A DNA stretch of 64,000 bases from an uncultured archaeon (GCA_963817525.1 CAWFOU010000001.1:960001-1024000), one strand, 5' to 3'. Counted from the stretch's first letter, positions 37,114 through 46,906 are shown. Numbers and translations are program-made. The notes: a model not told the origin generated them from the sequence alone.

Positions 37114-38541
37114 TTAGCCTCGGTACTTGTAGTGGCGCTCGAAGATGTCCCCGGTGGTGTGCCTCTCTTCGTCGGGCACCTCTCCGGTCAGGGCGAGCAA
37201 GGTCTCCCTGTCGACGAGCCTCCTGCGCTCGCCTGACCACTTCCCTTCCACCGTGAACTTCGCACCCTCGCGAGCGAACTCGATTGGGATCCTCGAGAGG
37301 ACGGGCTCGAAGAACCCGAGGACGATGAGCTTCTTCGCCTCGTCCTTCGGGAGGCCCCTCGCCTCGAGGTAGAAGATCTGGTCCTCGTCGATCTGCGCGA
37401 CCGAGGCGGAGTGGGTCGCTTTCACCTCGTTGGTGTCGATGTCGAGCCCGGGGATCGCGTCCGAGCGGGCGCGCTTGTCCAGGAGCATTGCGTGGTGGGC
37501 GAGATAGGAGTGGGAGTTCTTCGCCCCCTTCTTTATCTTGACCATCCCCTTGAAGATCGACTGGGACTCGCCTTTGAGGACGCCCCTCGCGGTCAAGGAC
37601 CCCGCCGAGTCCGGCGAGTTGTGCACCAGGTTGGCGTCGAGGTCGTAGCGCTGCTTGCCGTCGCAGAAGAAGACCTGGTACCCCTCGAAGGAGGAGCCAC
37701 GGCCGTTGAGGCCCAGGTTGAAGCGGGACCTCGTGATCTTGCCGCCAAGCAGGATGGAGGCGAGCGAGGCCTTTGCGTTCGCGGCCACGGAGACGCCCTG
37801 GTTGGAGAGGTAGACCGCGTTTTCGTCCAGGAGCTGCAGCGCGCTGCACTCGACCTGGGCGGTGTCCTCGGCGAAGACGTCGAAGGTAGAGCTTACTAGG
37901 TAAGGCCCCGCGCTTGCGGCCGAATAGACCTCCTCCAGGTAGTTGAACTTGGAGGCCTCCTCGGCGTAGATGATCGTCATCTCCACGATGCTCGAGGAGG
38001 GGTCACGCGTCACCAGCATCCTCCTGAGCGAAGAGGGGGCGGCCACGCCTCGGGGGACGCGTATGAAGACGCCCGAGTTGAAGAACGCGGCGTTGAAGGC
38101 GGCGTACTTCTCTTCCGAGGGGTTGGCGAGCCGCCTCGTCAGGAGGGACCGCAGGAGCTGCTCGTGCTTTGCTAGGGCCTCGTGGACGGTGAGGACCTCT
38201 ATCCCGCTCTTGGAGTAGGCCTCCTCGAGGTCGACGTGCACCGTGGTGGAGTTGCCCTGAAGGACGATGTTGGTCTCCTTCCCAGTGAGGTACCCCTCGA
38301 AGTGCTTCCTGAGGTCGAGGCTGGCCTGCCCTGTGCCGACGGTGAACTGCTCCGGGTCGAAGGCCGACACCCCCGCGTACTTTGTGTAGAGGGGCGACGT
38401 CTCAAGCGGCAGGGAAGCGAACTTGCGCAGTGCCTCGAGGCGGTAGTCCCTGAGCCAGCTTGGCTCTCCAAGGGCCTTGGAGACGGACTCCACCTGCTCC
38501 TCGGTGAAGCGGGAGACTGCGCTCTGGGCCATGGGGTTCAC
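37114..38541 (-). CDS. sufD: Fe-S assembly protein SufD
   Basis: P.L.IDTNEVKATHSASV, FYLEARGL. Confidence 0.92.
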   Translation of the reverse strand: MNPMAQSAVSRFTEEQVESVSKALGEPSWLRDYRLEALRKFASLPLETSPLYTKYAGVSAFDPEQFTVGTGQASLDLRKHFEGYLTGKETNIVLQGNSTTVHVDLEEAYSKSGIEVLTVHEALAKHEQLLRSLLTRRLANPSEEKYAAFNAAFFNSGVFIRVPRGVAAPSSLRRMLVTRDPSSSIVEMTIIYAEEASKFNYLEEVYSAASAGPYLVSSTFDVFAEDTAQVECSALQLLDENAVYLSNQGVSVAANAKASLASILLGGKITRSRFNLGLNGRGSSFEGYQVFFCDGKQRYDLDANLVHNSPDSAGSLTARGVLKGESQSIFKGMVKIKKGAKNSHSYLAHHAMLLDKRARSDAIPGLDIDTNEVKATHSASVAQIDEDQIFYLEARGLPKDEAKKLIVLGFFEPVLSRIPIEFAREGAKFTVEGKWSGERRRLVDRETLLALTGEVPDEERHTTGDIFERHYKYRG

Positions 38542-38557
38542 TCGGGGAGGATTGGGC

Positions 38558-41092
38558 CTAGCCCACGGCGCCGGTCATCTCGAGCGCCATGAGCCTGTTG
38601 ATCTCGATCGCGTAGGTCATGGGGAGCTCCTTCGTGAAGGGCTCGACGAAGCCGTTCACTATCATGCTGAGGGCGTCCCTCTCGCTGATGCCCCTGGCCA
38701 TCAGGTAGAAGATCTGCTCCTCGCCCACCTTGCCGACGCTGGCCTCGTGCGTGACCGTCGCATCGTCCGCCATCACCTCCACGTAAGGGATGGTAGAGGT
38801 CTTCGAGTGCTCGTCGAGGAGCAGCGCGTCGCAATTGTGCGACACGGCGTTTGAAATCAGATAGGTGTGATCCGTCGTTCCAATATTGTAGACCGGGCCG
38901 TCGTAGAGCACCCTGTTGATCTCTCGGATTGGAACGTACATCCAATCTCCGTCAAACTTTGCCTGGATTTTGCTGCTCTGATTCGCCCTGACATCGAACT
39001 TCTCGTGTGTGTTTACTTTCCTTCCAAGGATGATTGGCGAGTCGGAGGCGCGGGAAATCCTGAAGAAGGCGCCCAGCCGGGCGCCAAGGAGCTGAAGTTG
39101 CGTCGCAAGCAACCTGGAGGTCGTCACGGCATGAAGAACATTCCTTGTGTGCATGCAGTTTTCAGTTGTGCACCCATCACCGCGTTGATATCCATCGAGG
39201 AACGATTGGAGGATCCTGTCGTCTTTGTGGAAGAGCACGAAGTCAGGTATTCTCTTGTTTGATGCTCCCGTTCCGCACCACTCGGCAAGTGCTCTTGAGA
39301 GAAGCGTGGCGAAGACGTAGACCTCGACCCCATCTTCACCCTCCTGTTTGTAGATCTTCGACTTGTAACCCATTCTCGACATAATCCCTGTTATCCTCTC
39401 ACTGAGATCAGTCTCGCTCAATCCAAGCGCGAACCTGACCTTGTCTTGGCTCGGGTAACCTTCAGCGACATAAATTCCGAGAAGCCAGGCGAATTCCTCG
39501 TCAAGTTTCACCTTCGGGTTGTGCCCCTTGGAAACGAAGGTCCTGAGCCCATCTTTGGTCTTCGCGAAGCGAGATATGTCGAGCTCTTCCACGTCCAGGT
39601 GACCCGTCCGTCGAGGAACGACCACATAGTCTCCATCGACATTCGACTTCTTTGCAACAACCTCAGAGGAGTCCTTCCATTGCGGAGGCGAGAGTGCGAT
39701 TCTCGTAGTATGTGCATTTCGACCCTTGCGGACAACCCGCGGGTAAACAACGTCGGACCTTGCTACGAGTATTGGATGTTCCGGAGTCACTTCGATTGGA
39801 AAGAGCCCTGCCGCCTTGATTCTGATCATATCTCCTTTGAAATCGTTAACGAAAGTTTGGGTGACTCCGTTGAGACCTGTCGCTCCAATGGCGCGGTCAC
39901 CGACGCTGTACTCGTGAATAGGTTTGTTGTCGCCAAGGATTATTGTGTCTGGCTTGACGCACCTGACGGTCGCCTTTACGTTGTGAGCGCCCTTTGCGAT
40001 GTGTAGGAGGCCGCGGTATATCGCCTCTCCGCCGTCCTTCGAGACAGACTTTGAGATTATCTTCGAGGACGTGTCGGAGGCGAGATGGATTATCTTGCCG
40101 CCGGTGTCCTGGATCTGGTTCGCGCCGGCGTACGCCATCGACATGATCTCGGCCGAGGCGCCCTTGCCCAAGAGGTAGACGGAGGGGTACTTCATGTTCC
40201 TGCCCGAGCCGACCTCGCCGTTGAGCCAGGTCACGCTCGCGTTCTCGTAGGCGTGCGCCCTCTTCGTGACGAGGTTGTAGACGTTCTTGCTCCAGTTCTG
40301 GATGGTGATGTAGCGGATCTTCGCGCCCTTCATAGCGACGAGCTCGACGATGGCCGCGTGGAGCATCGACTTTTGGTACATGGCCGCGGTGCAGCCCTCG
40401 ATGTAGTGGACCTCGGTGTTGGGCTCGGCCACGATCAGCGTCCTCTCGAACTGCCCCATCCCCTGGGCGTTGATCCTGAAGTAGGACTGGAGAGGCATCG
40501 TTATCTTGACGCCCTCCGGGATGTAGATGAAAGGCCCGTCGCTCCAGACCGCGCTGTTGAGCGCGGCGAACTTGTTGTCGTTCGAGGGGATTATTGTCCC
40601 CATGTACTTCTTGATGAGCTCGGGATAGTCCCTTACCGCGTTTCCGACGCTCGTGAAGATGACTCCCTGCGCCTGGAGGTCCTTCTGGAGGCTGTTGTAG
40701 ACCTCCTGGCTCTCGTAGATCGCCCCCACGCCAGCGAGGAACTTCCTCTCCGCCTCAGGGATGCCGAGCTTCTCGAAGGTGTTCCGGATCTCGGGCGGGA
40801 CGTCCTCCCACTTCTTCGCGGTCTCCTTCGCGGGATGCGCATAGTAGTAAAAGTCCTGGAACTTTATCGGAGACAGGTCGACGCCCCACGTGGGGACCGG
40901 CCTCTCGTTGAAGTGCTTCAGCGCCTTGAGCCTGAACTCCTCCATCCAGATGGGCTCGTTCCGCAGCCTCGAGATCTCCTTGACCACGTCCTCGTTGATG
41001 CCCCTGTGCATGTTGTCGAGGTAGCCGGTCGAGTCGGCGAACCCGTACTTTGTCTTGTAATCGTCGGTTACGATGTCGGCGGCTGCTGTCAT
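38558..41092 (-). CDS. sufB: Fe-S assembly protein SufB with intein (468-aa extein)
   Basis: GQFERTLI, YIEGCTA, QNWS, MKYPS, CDALLLD, HEASVG. Confidence 0.95.
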   Translation of the reverse strand: MTAAADIVTDDYKTKYGFADSTGYLDNMHRGINEDVVKEISRLRNEPIWMEEFRLKALKHFNERPVPTWGVDLSPIKFQDFYYYAHPAKETAKKWEDVPPEIRNTFEKLGIPEAERKFLAGVGAIYESQEVYNSLQKDLQAQGVIFTSVGNAVRDYPELIKKYMGTIIPSNDNKFAALNSAVWSDGPFIYIPEGVKITMPLQSYFRINAQGMGQFERTLIVAEPNTEVHYIEGCTAAMYQKSMLHAAIVELVAMKGAKIRYITIQNWSKNVYNLVTKRAHAYENASVTWLNGEVGSGRNMKYPSVYLLGKGASAEIMSMAYAGANQIQDTGGKIIHLASDTSSKIISKSVSKDGGEAIYRGLLHIAKGAHNVKATVRCVKPDTIILGDNKPIHEYSVGDRAIGATGLNGVTQTFVNDFKGDMIRIKAAGLFPIEVTPEHPILVARSDVVYPRVVRKGRNAHTTRIALSPPQWKDSSEVVAKKSNVDGDYVVVPRRTGHLDVEELDISRFAKTKDGLRTFVSKGHNPKVKLDEEFAWLLGIYVAEGYPSQDKVRFALGLSETDLSERITGIMSRMGYKSKIYKQEGEDGVEVYVFATLLSRALAEWCGTGASNKRIPDFVLFHKDDRILQSFLDGYQRGDGCTTENCMHTRNVLHAVTTSRLLATQLQLLGARLGAFFRISRASDSPIILGRKVNTHEKFDVRANQSSKIQAKFDGDWMYVPIREINRVLYDGPVYNIGTTDHTYLISNAVSHNCDALLLDEHSKTSTIPYVEVMADDATVTHEASVGKVGEEQIFYLMARGISERDALSMIVNGFVEPFTKELPMTYAIEINRLMALEMTGAVG
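38834..39961 (-). mobile_element. 376-aa LAGLIDADG intein in SufB
   Basis: Starts CVKPDT, VTPEHP, LLGIYVAEG and FLDGYQRGDG, VYNI, ends SHN followed by Cys+1. Confidence 0.95.
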
Positions 41093-41104
41093 AAAGCAGA
41101 TTGA

Positions 41105-41120
41105 TATTACCTATGTTATG
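41105..41120. promoter_or_regulatory. Putative operator before sufB
   Basis: tattacctatgttatg, 13/16 match to the palindrome before sufC; lies between TATA (~41119-41126) and start. Confidence 0.6.
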
Positions 41121-41206
41121 TATAAAAACGATTCGGGACGAGCGGGAAAAGTCCCCCAAGCCCACTCGAGCGACGCTTATCTTGCAGCGGCGCAAGGGTG
41201 ACCCCA

Positions 41207-41434
41207 ATGGACGACGGGAGGACGAAGGCGGTCTTCGGGGCCGTGCTCATAGTCGGCGGTCTAGCCTGCGTTGCCATCGGACTCGGATTCTACTTCAGCC
41301 AGACCGGTGTCGGCGGGATTGAGAGCAACCCGTCCTTTGCGCAGCTCACCAGCAGCGACCTGGCGTTGGTTCCAATAGCGATAGGGGTCGTCCTCTTGGT
41401 CGCCGGGTTCGCCCTTTCCGGGGCCCGACAGTGA
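41207..41434 (+). CDS. Small 2-TM membrane protein
   Basis: Two hydrophobic helices; GGTGA SD. Confidence 0.65.
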   Translation: MDDGRTKAVFGAVLIVGGLACVAIGLGFYFSQTGVGGIESNPSFAQLTSSDLALVPIAIGVVLLVAGFALSGARQ

Positions 41435-41572
41435 TCGCGAGAGGCGGCGCCTCCGTCCATTCGGCGGTCGATGCGCTCGAGGTCGTCTCAGGACGACAAA
41501 ACGGTGCCCAAGTTCAGGAACTGTCCAATCTACTGGACTTATTACGTTCGTCAAAGGCTGGACTTCTGGACT

Positions 41573-42250
41573 TTGGTAGACAGATTGCAAGGCTTCATCG
41601 TCCTAACGGTCGCCATCTTCGCATCGGTAATCGCACTAACCTTAGGTCTAGTTGCTTCCCAAAGCTTGTCGATTCAGCTTGGGGCATTCACGTTCATAGC
41701 CGAAGGTCTTGGCTTTGGAGGTCTAATCATGGTTGAGACTGTGAGATACTTCCTTGAGAAAAGGGAACGGGAGCGCGACAGGGGCGAGAAAACATTACAG
41801 CGACATCGCAGAGAAATCGCGTTGACTTATCGAGCCATCTCGAACGGTGCAAGACTTTCGAGCACCGGGCGGTTTCACGTTGCCTTCGATTATGGTCCTA
41901 TTTCGACACGCGAATACTCCGGCGACATTGTTATTGTTAGAGCCGACATCAAAGACGCTGAGAAGCATCTCGCCAAGGATTACCCAGAATTTCATCCTCT
42001 ATTGGACGCAGTCCAGCAATCAGTGAAGGAGTGGGAAGATAAAGTCGAGAGCTATCGCAAGGCAAACAACTTCAGCAACGATTCCGAGATACCGCCCTCA
42101 AGCGAGATCTTCCGGGAGAGCCAAGAGATTGGAAGTCGCATCAGGCCAAAGCTTGAGGCGGTCAAGCAGAGACTCGCCGATCTTGTCTACGATATAGACA
42201 CCGAACAATATGAGACGATGTGCGACTGTTGCCGTCCGAAGGCGAATTAG
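41573..42250 (+). CDS. IS passenger: 2-TM membrane protein with C-terminal CxCC
   Basis: TTG start ~28 nt after TATA-like cttatta; two TMs followed by a helical domain. Confidence 0.6.
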   Translation: MVDRLQGFIVLTVAIFASVIALTLGLVASQSLSIQLGAFTFIAEGLGFGGLIMVETVRYFLEKRERERDRGEKTLQRHRREIALTYRAISNGARLSSTGRFHVAFDYGPISTREYSGDIVIVRADIKDAEKHLAKDYPEFHPLLDAVQQSVKEWEDKVESYRKANNFSNDSEIPPSSEIFRESQEIGSRIRPKLEAVKQRLADLVYDIDTEQYETMCDCCRPKAN

Positions 42251-42378
42251 GACTTTGACAGATACTCGCTCAGAATCACCCTCATCGTCTCCGGTATGGA
42301 GTCGAGCATCCGCTTCTTTCGCTCCCTCTCCAATGCGGCCTCCAACTGCTCCGTTATTGCGACGTTGTATTTCTTCAT
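42247..42378 (-). CDS. IS passenger: 43-aa ribbon-helix-helix protein (absent from ORF track)
   Basis: MKKYNVAITEQLEAALERERKKRMLDSIPETMRVILSEYLSKS; SD GAGGT; divergent from the transposase. Confidence 0.7.
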   Translation of the reverse strand: MKKYNVAITEQLEAALERERKKRMLDSIPETMRVILSEYLSKS

Positions 42379-42463
42379 CATACCTCAGACTACGCAAAGA
42401 CTCTCTATTTATCCCTATGTGCGCCGATAGAGATAATGCTTATATGGGTGGGCATAGCTATCT

Positions 42464-43651
42464 ATGGGTGGCGATAAAGAGATGCACGACGCACAAACTC
42501 TCCAGCTTCTTGAGGTCCGGCGCATGAAGGGCGAACAGATAGCCGACACAGCGGGACAGGTCGAGCGGATAGACGGTAGCACCTACCGGGTCCACTCCCA
42601 GAGCGGCGAGGTTTGGTATGGTGTCCGGCTCGCTTCGCAAGGCTGGATATGCGAGTGCGCGGACTTCAAATTCCGGAGCCTCGGCAACTGCAAGCATACG
42701 TTCGCGGTTGAACTCTCGGCACTCCTTCGGGACCGAATAGAGAGCGCGACGAAGATCGCTCCGCTTGACATCCAGAGTTGCCTCTTCTGCTACTCCAAGA
42801 ACATCGTGAGAAGGGGAATCCTGCACAACAAGGGCGGAGACATCCAGAGGTTCGGCTGCAAGGACTGTGGCAAGCGGTTCGTAAGGAACCTCGGGTTCGA
42901 GCATCTAAAGGCGAGTCCGCAAATGGTTACTGGCGCACTCCAACTCTACTTCTCGGGCGAGAGCCTACGCAACACGCAGAAGTTCCTCAAGCTTCAAGGG
43001 GTGAAGGTCTCCCACCAGACGATATACAACTGGATTACGAAGTATGTCGGGTTGATGGAGAAATACCTCGACCAGATTACGCCACAGGTCGGAGACGCAT
43101 GGAGAGCGGATGAACTCTATGTCAAGGTCAAGGGCAATATGAAGTATCTCTTCGCCATGATGGACAACGACACAAGGTTCTGGATTGCCCAACAGGTAGC
43201 AGACAAGAAGGGGACATCAGACGTAAGGCCCCTACTACACCAGAGCCAAGAGGTAGCGGGGAAGAGGCCAGCGACCTTCATCACGGACGGAGCGCCTAAC
43301 TTTCACGACGCATACAACAAGGAATTCCGCACGAACCGCTACAACTCGACGGTCCACATCTCCCACATCACTTTGAAGGGAGACAACAACAACCGCATGG
43401 AAAGGTTGAACGGAGAGCTACGCGACAGAGAGAAGGTGATGCGCTCACTCAAGACCGAGGACTCTCCGATATTCAAGGGCCTTCAACTCTATCACAACTT
43501 CTTCAGGCCCCACATGGCGCTCGACGGAAAGACACCAGGAGAGGCCGCCGGAATCGTAATCGTAGGCGAGAACCCTTGGATAACGGTGATTCAGAACGCG
43601 AGTCTCGTTCCAGTAGAAACGGGGAAACCATCGAATGCCGAGAATCCTTAG
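42464..43651 (+). CDS. IS6-family DDE transposase with SWIM and Zn-ribbon N-terminus
   Basis: CEC.D......CKH, CLFC..C..CG, WRADE.YVKVKG, ITDG, NNRMER. Confidence 0.9.
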   Translation: MGGDKEMHDAQTLQLLEVRRMKGEQIADTAGQVERIDGSTYRVHSQSGEVWYGVRLASQGWICECADFKFRSLGNCKHTFAVELSALLRDRIESATKIAPLDIQSCLFCYSKNIVRRGILHNKGGDIQRFGCKDCGKRFVRNLGFEHLKASPQMVTGALQLYFSGESLRNTQKFLKLQGVKVSHQTIYNWITKYVGLMEKYLDQITPQVGDAWRADELYVKVKGNMKYLFAMMDNDTRFWIAQQVADKKGTSDVRPLLHQSQEVAGKRPATFITDGAPNFHDAYNKEFRTNRYNSTVHISHITLKGDNNNRMERLNGELRDREKVMRSLKTEDSPIFKGLQLYHNFFRPHMALDGKTPGEAAGIVIVGENPWITVIQNASLVPVETGKPSNAENP

Positions 43652-43886
43652 ACTGGCCCTCATGGTAATCGTTGGCTTCTTTGTTTCGTCAGGTGCTGCC
43701 TTCTTGGAGACAGTCGGGGTGCTGTTGGTCTTCCCTTCCTTGAGGGACATAGACATTCTCATTCTCCTTTGCACTCTCTTTGTCGCAAACGCCATCCAAA
43801 TCATCGCCCTACAGAGAATCTTCGTCCGCAGGGCGAAAAGCCGTCTCGCTAAGTCCAGAGCTTTACAGCCGGAGGATGTCCAGTAG
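43635..43886 (+). CDS. IS passenger: small 2-TM protein
   Basis: Hydrophobic 83-aa ORF; stop codon lies inside the right TIR. Confidence 0.5.
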   Translation: MPRILRLALMVIVGFFVSSGAAFLETVGVLLVFPSLRDIDILILLCTLFVANAIQIIALQRIFVRRAKSRLAKSRALQPEDVQ

Positions 43887-43957
43887 ATTGGACAGTTCCC
43901 AAGTTCACAATACTTATATCAGCTCAGCTAGCTCAGCTACTTGAGCTGCCAAAAGAG

Positions 43958-44260
43958 ATGTCTCCAGCTAAGCTGGCTGACTTTCCCTGCAAGTACTGCG
44001 GCAAGAGCTTCAACGACGGCAGGAGGCTCGGCGGCCACGTCCGACAGTCGCACCAGGTAGTCAAACCAGGAGACTCTCAGCACTCGCCCGCCCCGTCTTC
44101 GGACGGTGAGAACGCCGCGAGGGTGCTGGAACTCTGGAGGGCGGGAGAGGACCCCGTCACGGTCGTCGAGACATTAAGGGTCCATCCGCGCTTCGTGAAG
44201 GAAGTTCTAAGGGAGTACGACGAGCTCCTCAACGAGTGGAAGAAGTTCAGCGTGGCCTGA
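43958..44260 (+). CDS. C2H2 zinc finger plus HTH-like small protein
   Basis: FPCKYCGKSF.....LGGHVRQSH; helical C-terminus. Confidence 0.75.
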   Translation: MSPAKLADFPCKYCGKSFNDGRRLGGHVRQSHQVVKPGDSQHSPAPSSDGENAARVLELWRAGEDPVTVVETLRVHPRFVKEVLREYDELLNEWKKFSVA

Positions 44261-44393
44261 GGCAAACTTCAGCCTAGATCCCACGGAGAAACTAGCGCAT
44301 GAGATGCAAGTCCGTTTCATCAACGCAGAGTAAGGGAAACCGACCTGTGAAATCGACTTTGCCTGTTGCAGTTCCGCCTGACAAAGGTTGGGG

Positions 44394-44423
44394 GAGGGGT
44401 TACGGGCCTAGGCCCGTTCCCTC
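44394..44423. terminator. GC hairpin between convergent genes
   Basis: acgggcctaggcccgt palindrome (44402-44417) flanked by gaggg/ccctc. Confidence 0.45.
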
Positions 44424-44440
44424 TTATTTTCCCTGTGTCG

Positions 44441-46906
44441 CTACTCGTTGAGTAGGTATGCCTGGTAGTATGCGTTGCCTGGCTGGTTGTACGAGCCCGT
44501 GTACTGTCCGGAAGGTGTCGGGCCGTGCCCCTGACCTGTGGTCGCGCTGGTGAGATAGTCCGCGATGAAGTTCTCTGGTGTGCCTGGTGGGTTGCTGGTT
44601 AGCGATGCGCTGGTTGGATTGACGCCCAGAGCATTGTAGAAGGCGGTAGTTCCCGCGCTGCTGCCAATGCCAGTGCCCAGGCCGCTGCCGAGGGTGGAGT
44701 AGACTGCGCCAGCCCATTGCCATGTGAGGGTGAAGGAGACGGTCGTGCCGCTGAACTCGCCTTCCCAGTCCGCCTTGGCTCCCGCTAGGGATACGCCGGC
44801 TGGGACTTGGTAGGCTACTCCGCCGATGAAGACGTTACCCGTGTAGTCGGCTGGGACCGTGGTCACCCACTGCCCGCCGGTGTACGTGGTCGTCGCGGAG
44901 GTCGCGGTAGAGCTGAAGACTACCTCAGAGTTTGGCGCTGGGATGGAGAGTGGGAGGCCGTTGCCGCCCTGTAGCTGCAGGTTGACCCACTGCCCAGTGA
45001 AGTGGACGGTGGTCCCTGACGACTCCCTAGTGGTGATGTCTGCGGATGCGCTGAACCAGACGTCGTTCCCGGTGGCGATTGCGCTGTTCGAGATGTCGTT
45101 CTCGGTGGCGCATACGTCAGGGTTCGTGTCAACGTCGGTGCAGGTCTGGGTTGTGCTGAGGTTAGGGGTGCCCGGTGTGGTCGAAGCGTCTTGGGTGTAC
45201 TGTCCGGAGCCGCCGAAGCCACTACCGCCGAAGCCGCCGAAGCCATTCTGGACTACTTCGCCGGTCGCCGGGTTCAGGTAGAGCTTGCCGTCGTTGGGCT
45301 GGGAGTGCGAAAAGTCGAACATGTTCATGAGGGTCCCTGAGATGGTGTCGTACGACTCTGGGCCGAGAAGCCCAGGTACTACGCTGCTGAGGTGCCAGTT
45401 GTACTCGATGAAGCTGACTATCGCGGTCTGGTCCGCGTAGGTGCTGTCGACGTAGTTTGACTTTGCGTATGGTGAGATCACCAAGATTGGAATGCGTGGA
45501 CCTGAGCCGCACCTGTCCTGCACGCCGAGAGGGGAGGCTCCCTGTCCGCAGGTGTCGCCGTTCAGGACGTCGTTGGCGGGGTCGCTCGATGGGCTGATGA
45601 TCGTTGGCATTACGCTGTCATACCAGCCGTCGGAGTCGTCCCAGTTGATGATGATGGCCGTGCTGCTCCATGTGGGGAGGCTCATGAGCTTGTTGATGGT
45701 GTTGACCAGCCATGCCTGCTCGTCGAGCGGGTCAGAGTTGGCTGGGTGACCGTCCTGGTACCTCGGTGCCTTCAGGTAGCTCACCGCGGGCAAGTTGCCC
45801 GAGTCGGCGGCGATCCAGAAGGAGGAGAGGTCGTACTGGTGGTTCGCCTGGTCGGTGTAGCCGATCATAGCAGGTGTGCTCGGAGCGAGGTGGTGTGGGT
45901 TCGAGGTTGACGCGAAGTACTGGAAGGGCTCGTGGTGAGGACTGTACGCCGCCTCGATGCTGCCTCCAACTTGTGCGTCGGAAGCACCGCATTGCGCCGG
46001 TGTGCCGGTCGTGGGGTTGTAGGCGACAGTCGGGGTGAATCCGCCTTGGAACCAGCCCCATGTGACGCCTGCGTCATTGAGAAGGTTGCCGATGTTCAGA
46101 GGCACGTCCGCCCCGGTGGAAACCATGGCCGCCGTCGAGGTGTCGCCGTCTTGGCTGTAGGAGCAGTCGTCGTATGTCGGGTCGATGTCGCCAATGAGCT
46201 GGCCGTTCGCAAGAGTGCCCGCCACGTTAGCGCTTGACGCTGTCGCACCGGCAACCGAGAAGGCTCCGCCAGTCCCGGTAGATGTCGGTACCGCCGTCGT
46301 GGTTACGACCTGCGCTGGTCCGCCTAGACCTGAGACCACGTTCAGCGCTCCAGGTGTGGAGGGGCCGAAAGTCGTCCCGAAGGAGTTGTCGTTGAGGGCA
46401 AAGTTCTGCGCGTAGTTCCAGAGGGCGGTCACGGTGTTTCCGTCGTAGTAGTCCATGACTATTCCGTCAGAACAGCTCGTCTGCTCTGGGAACATGTTCA
46501 TCAGGCCGCCGTTCATGGCCGCCTGCTCTGCTGTATAGTCGTGGTCGTTGTCGCAGGTCACCGGCTGTGTCCGGTCTAGCCTAGCGGGGTTGTCCGACGG
46601 ATTCCCCGTGACCAGCTCGTTGGGGTTGCTGGTCAATAGCGGCCCGGTCAGATCATTTGCGGAGGGGGTGTCAGGTGCTGCGTTGAACTGTGGCTCGTTG
46701 GGAGGATTGGTCGCGACGGGGTAGGTCGCGAAGTAGTGGTCGGTAGAGACGTTCTCCTGGAAGATCACCACGACGTGCTTTATCGGGGTCGCGGTGTTGT
46801 CTCCGGGAGGCGTCGGAGTGTTTGCGTTGGCGGCGATGTTGGCTGTCAACAACACCGCTAACAGTGCGAAAGGAATAGCGATTGATACCTTAGTCCGTGT
46901 TTTCAT
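44441..46906 (-). CDS. Secreted phosphoesterase (phospholipase C/AcpA family) with C-terminal beta domain
   Basis: TPIKHVVVIFQEN.S.DHYF, FGPSTPG, DGHP, WDDSDGWYD, GPRIP..VISPYAK; signal peptide. Confidence 0.9.
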   Translation of the reverse strand: MKTRTKVSIAIPFALLAVLLTANIAANANTPTPPGDNTATPIKHVVVIFQENVSTDHYFATYPVATNPPNEPQFNAAPDTPSANDLTGPLLTSNPNELVTGNPSDNPARLDRTQPVTCDNDHDYTAEQAAMNGGLMNMFPEQTSCSDGIVMDYYDGNTVTALWNYAQNFALNDNSFGTTFGPSTPGALNVVSGLGGPAQVVTTTAVPTSTGTGGAFSVAGATASSANVAGTLANGQLIGDIDPTYDDCSYSQDGDTSTAAMVSTGADVPLNIGNLLNDAGVTWGWFQGGFTPTVAYNPTTGTPAQCGASDAQVGGSIEAAYSPHHEPFQYFASTSNPHHLAPSTPAMIGYTDQANHQYDLSSFWIAADSGNLPAVSYLKAPRYQDGHPANSDPLDEQAWLVNTINKLMSLPTWSSTAIIINWDDSDGWYDSVMPTIISPSSDPANDVLNGDTCGQGASPLGVQDRCGSGPRIPILVISPYAKSNYVDSTYADQTAIVSFIEYNWHLSSVVPGLLGPESYDTISGTLMNMFDFSHSQPNDGKLYLNPATGEVVQNGFGGFGGSGFGGSGQYTQDASTTPGTPNLSTTQTCTDVDTNPDVCATENDISNSAIATGNDVWFSASADITTRESSGTTVHFTGQWVNLQLQGGNGLPLSIPAPNSEVVFSSTATSATTTYTGGQWVTTVPADYTGNVFIGGVAYQVPAGVSLAGAKADWEGEFSGTTVSFTLTWQWAGAVYSTLGSGLGTGIGSSAGTTAFYNALGVNPTSASLTSNPPGTPENFIADYLTSATTGQGHGPTPSGQYTGSYNQPGNAYYQAYLLNE

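Larger units (their letters stand above)
41517..43899 (+). mobile_element. IS6-family element with passenger genes (2383 bp)
   Basis: Perfect 22-bp TIRs GGAACTGTCCAATCTACTGGAC (41517-41538 and 43878-43899); 8-bp TSD CAAGTTCA (41509-41516, 43900-43907). Confidence 0.93.
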
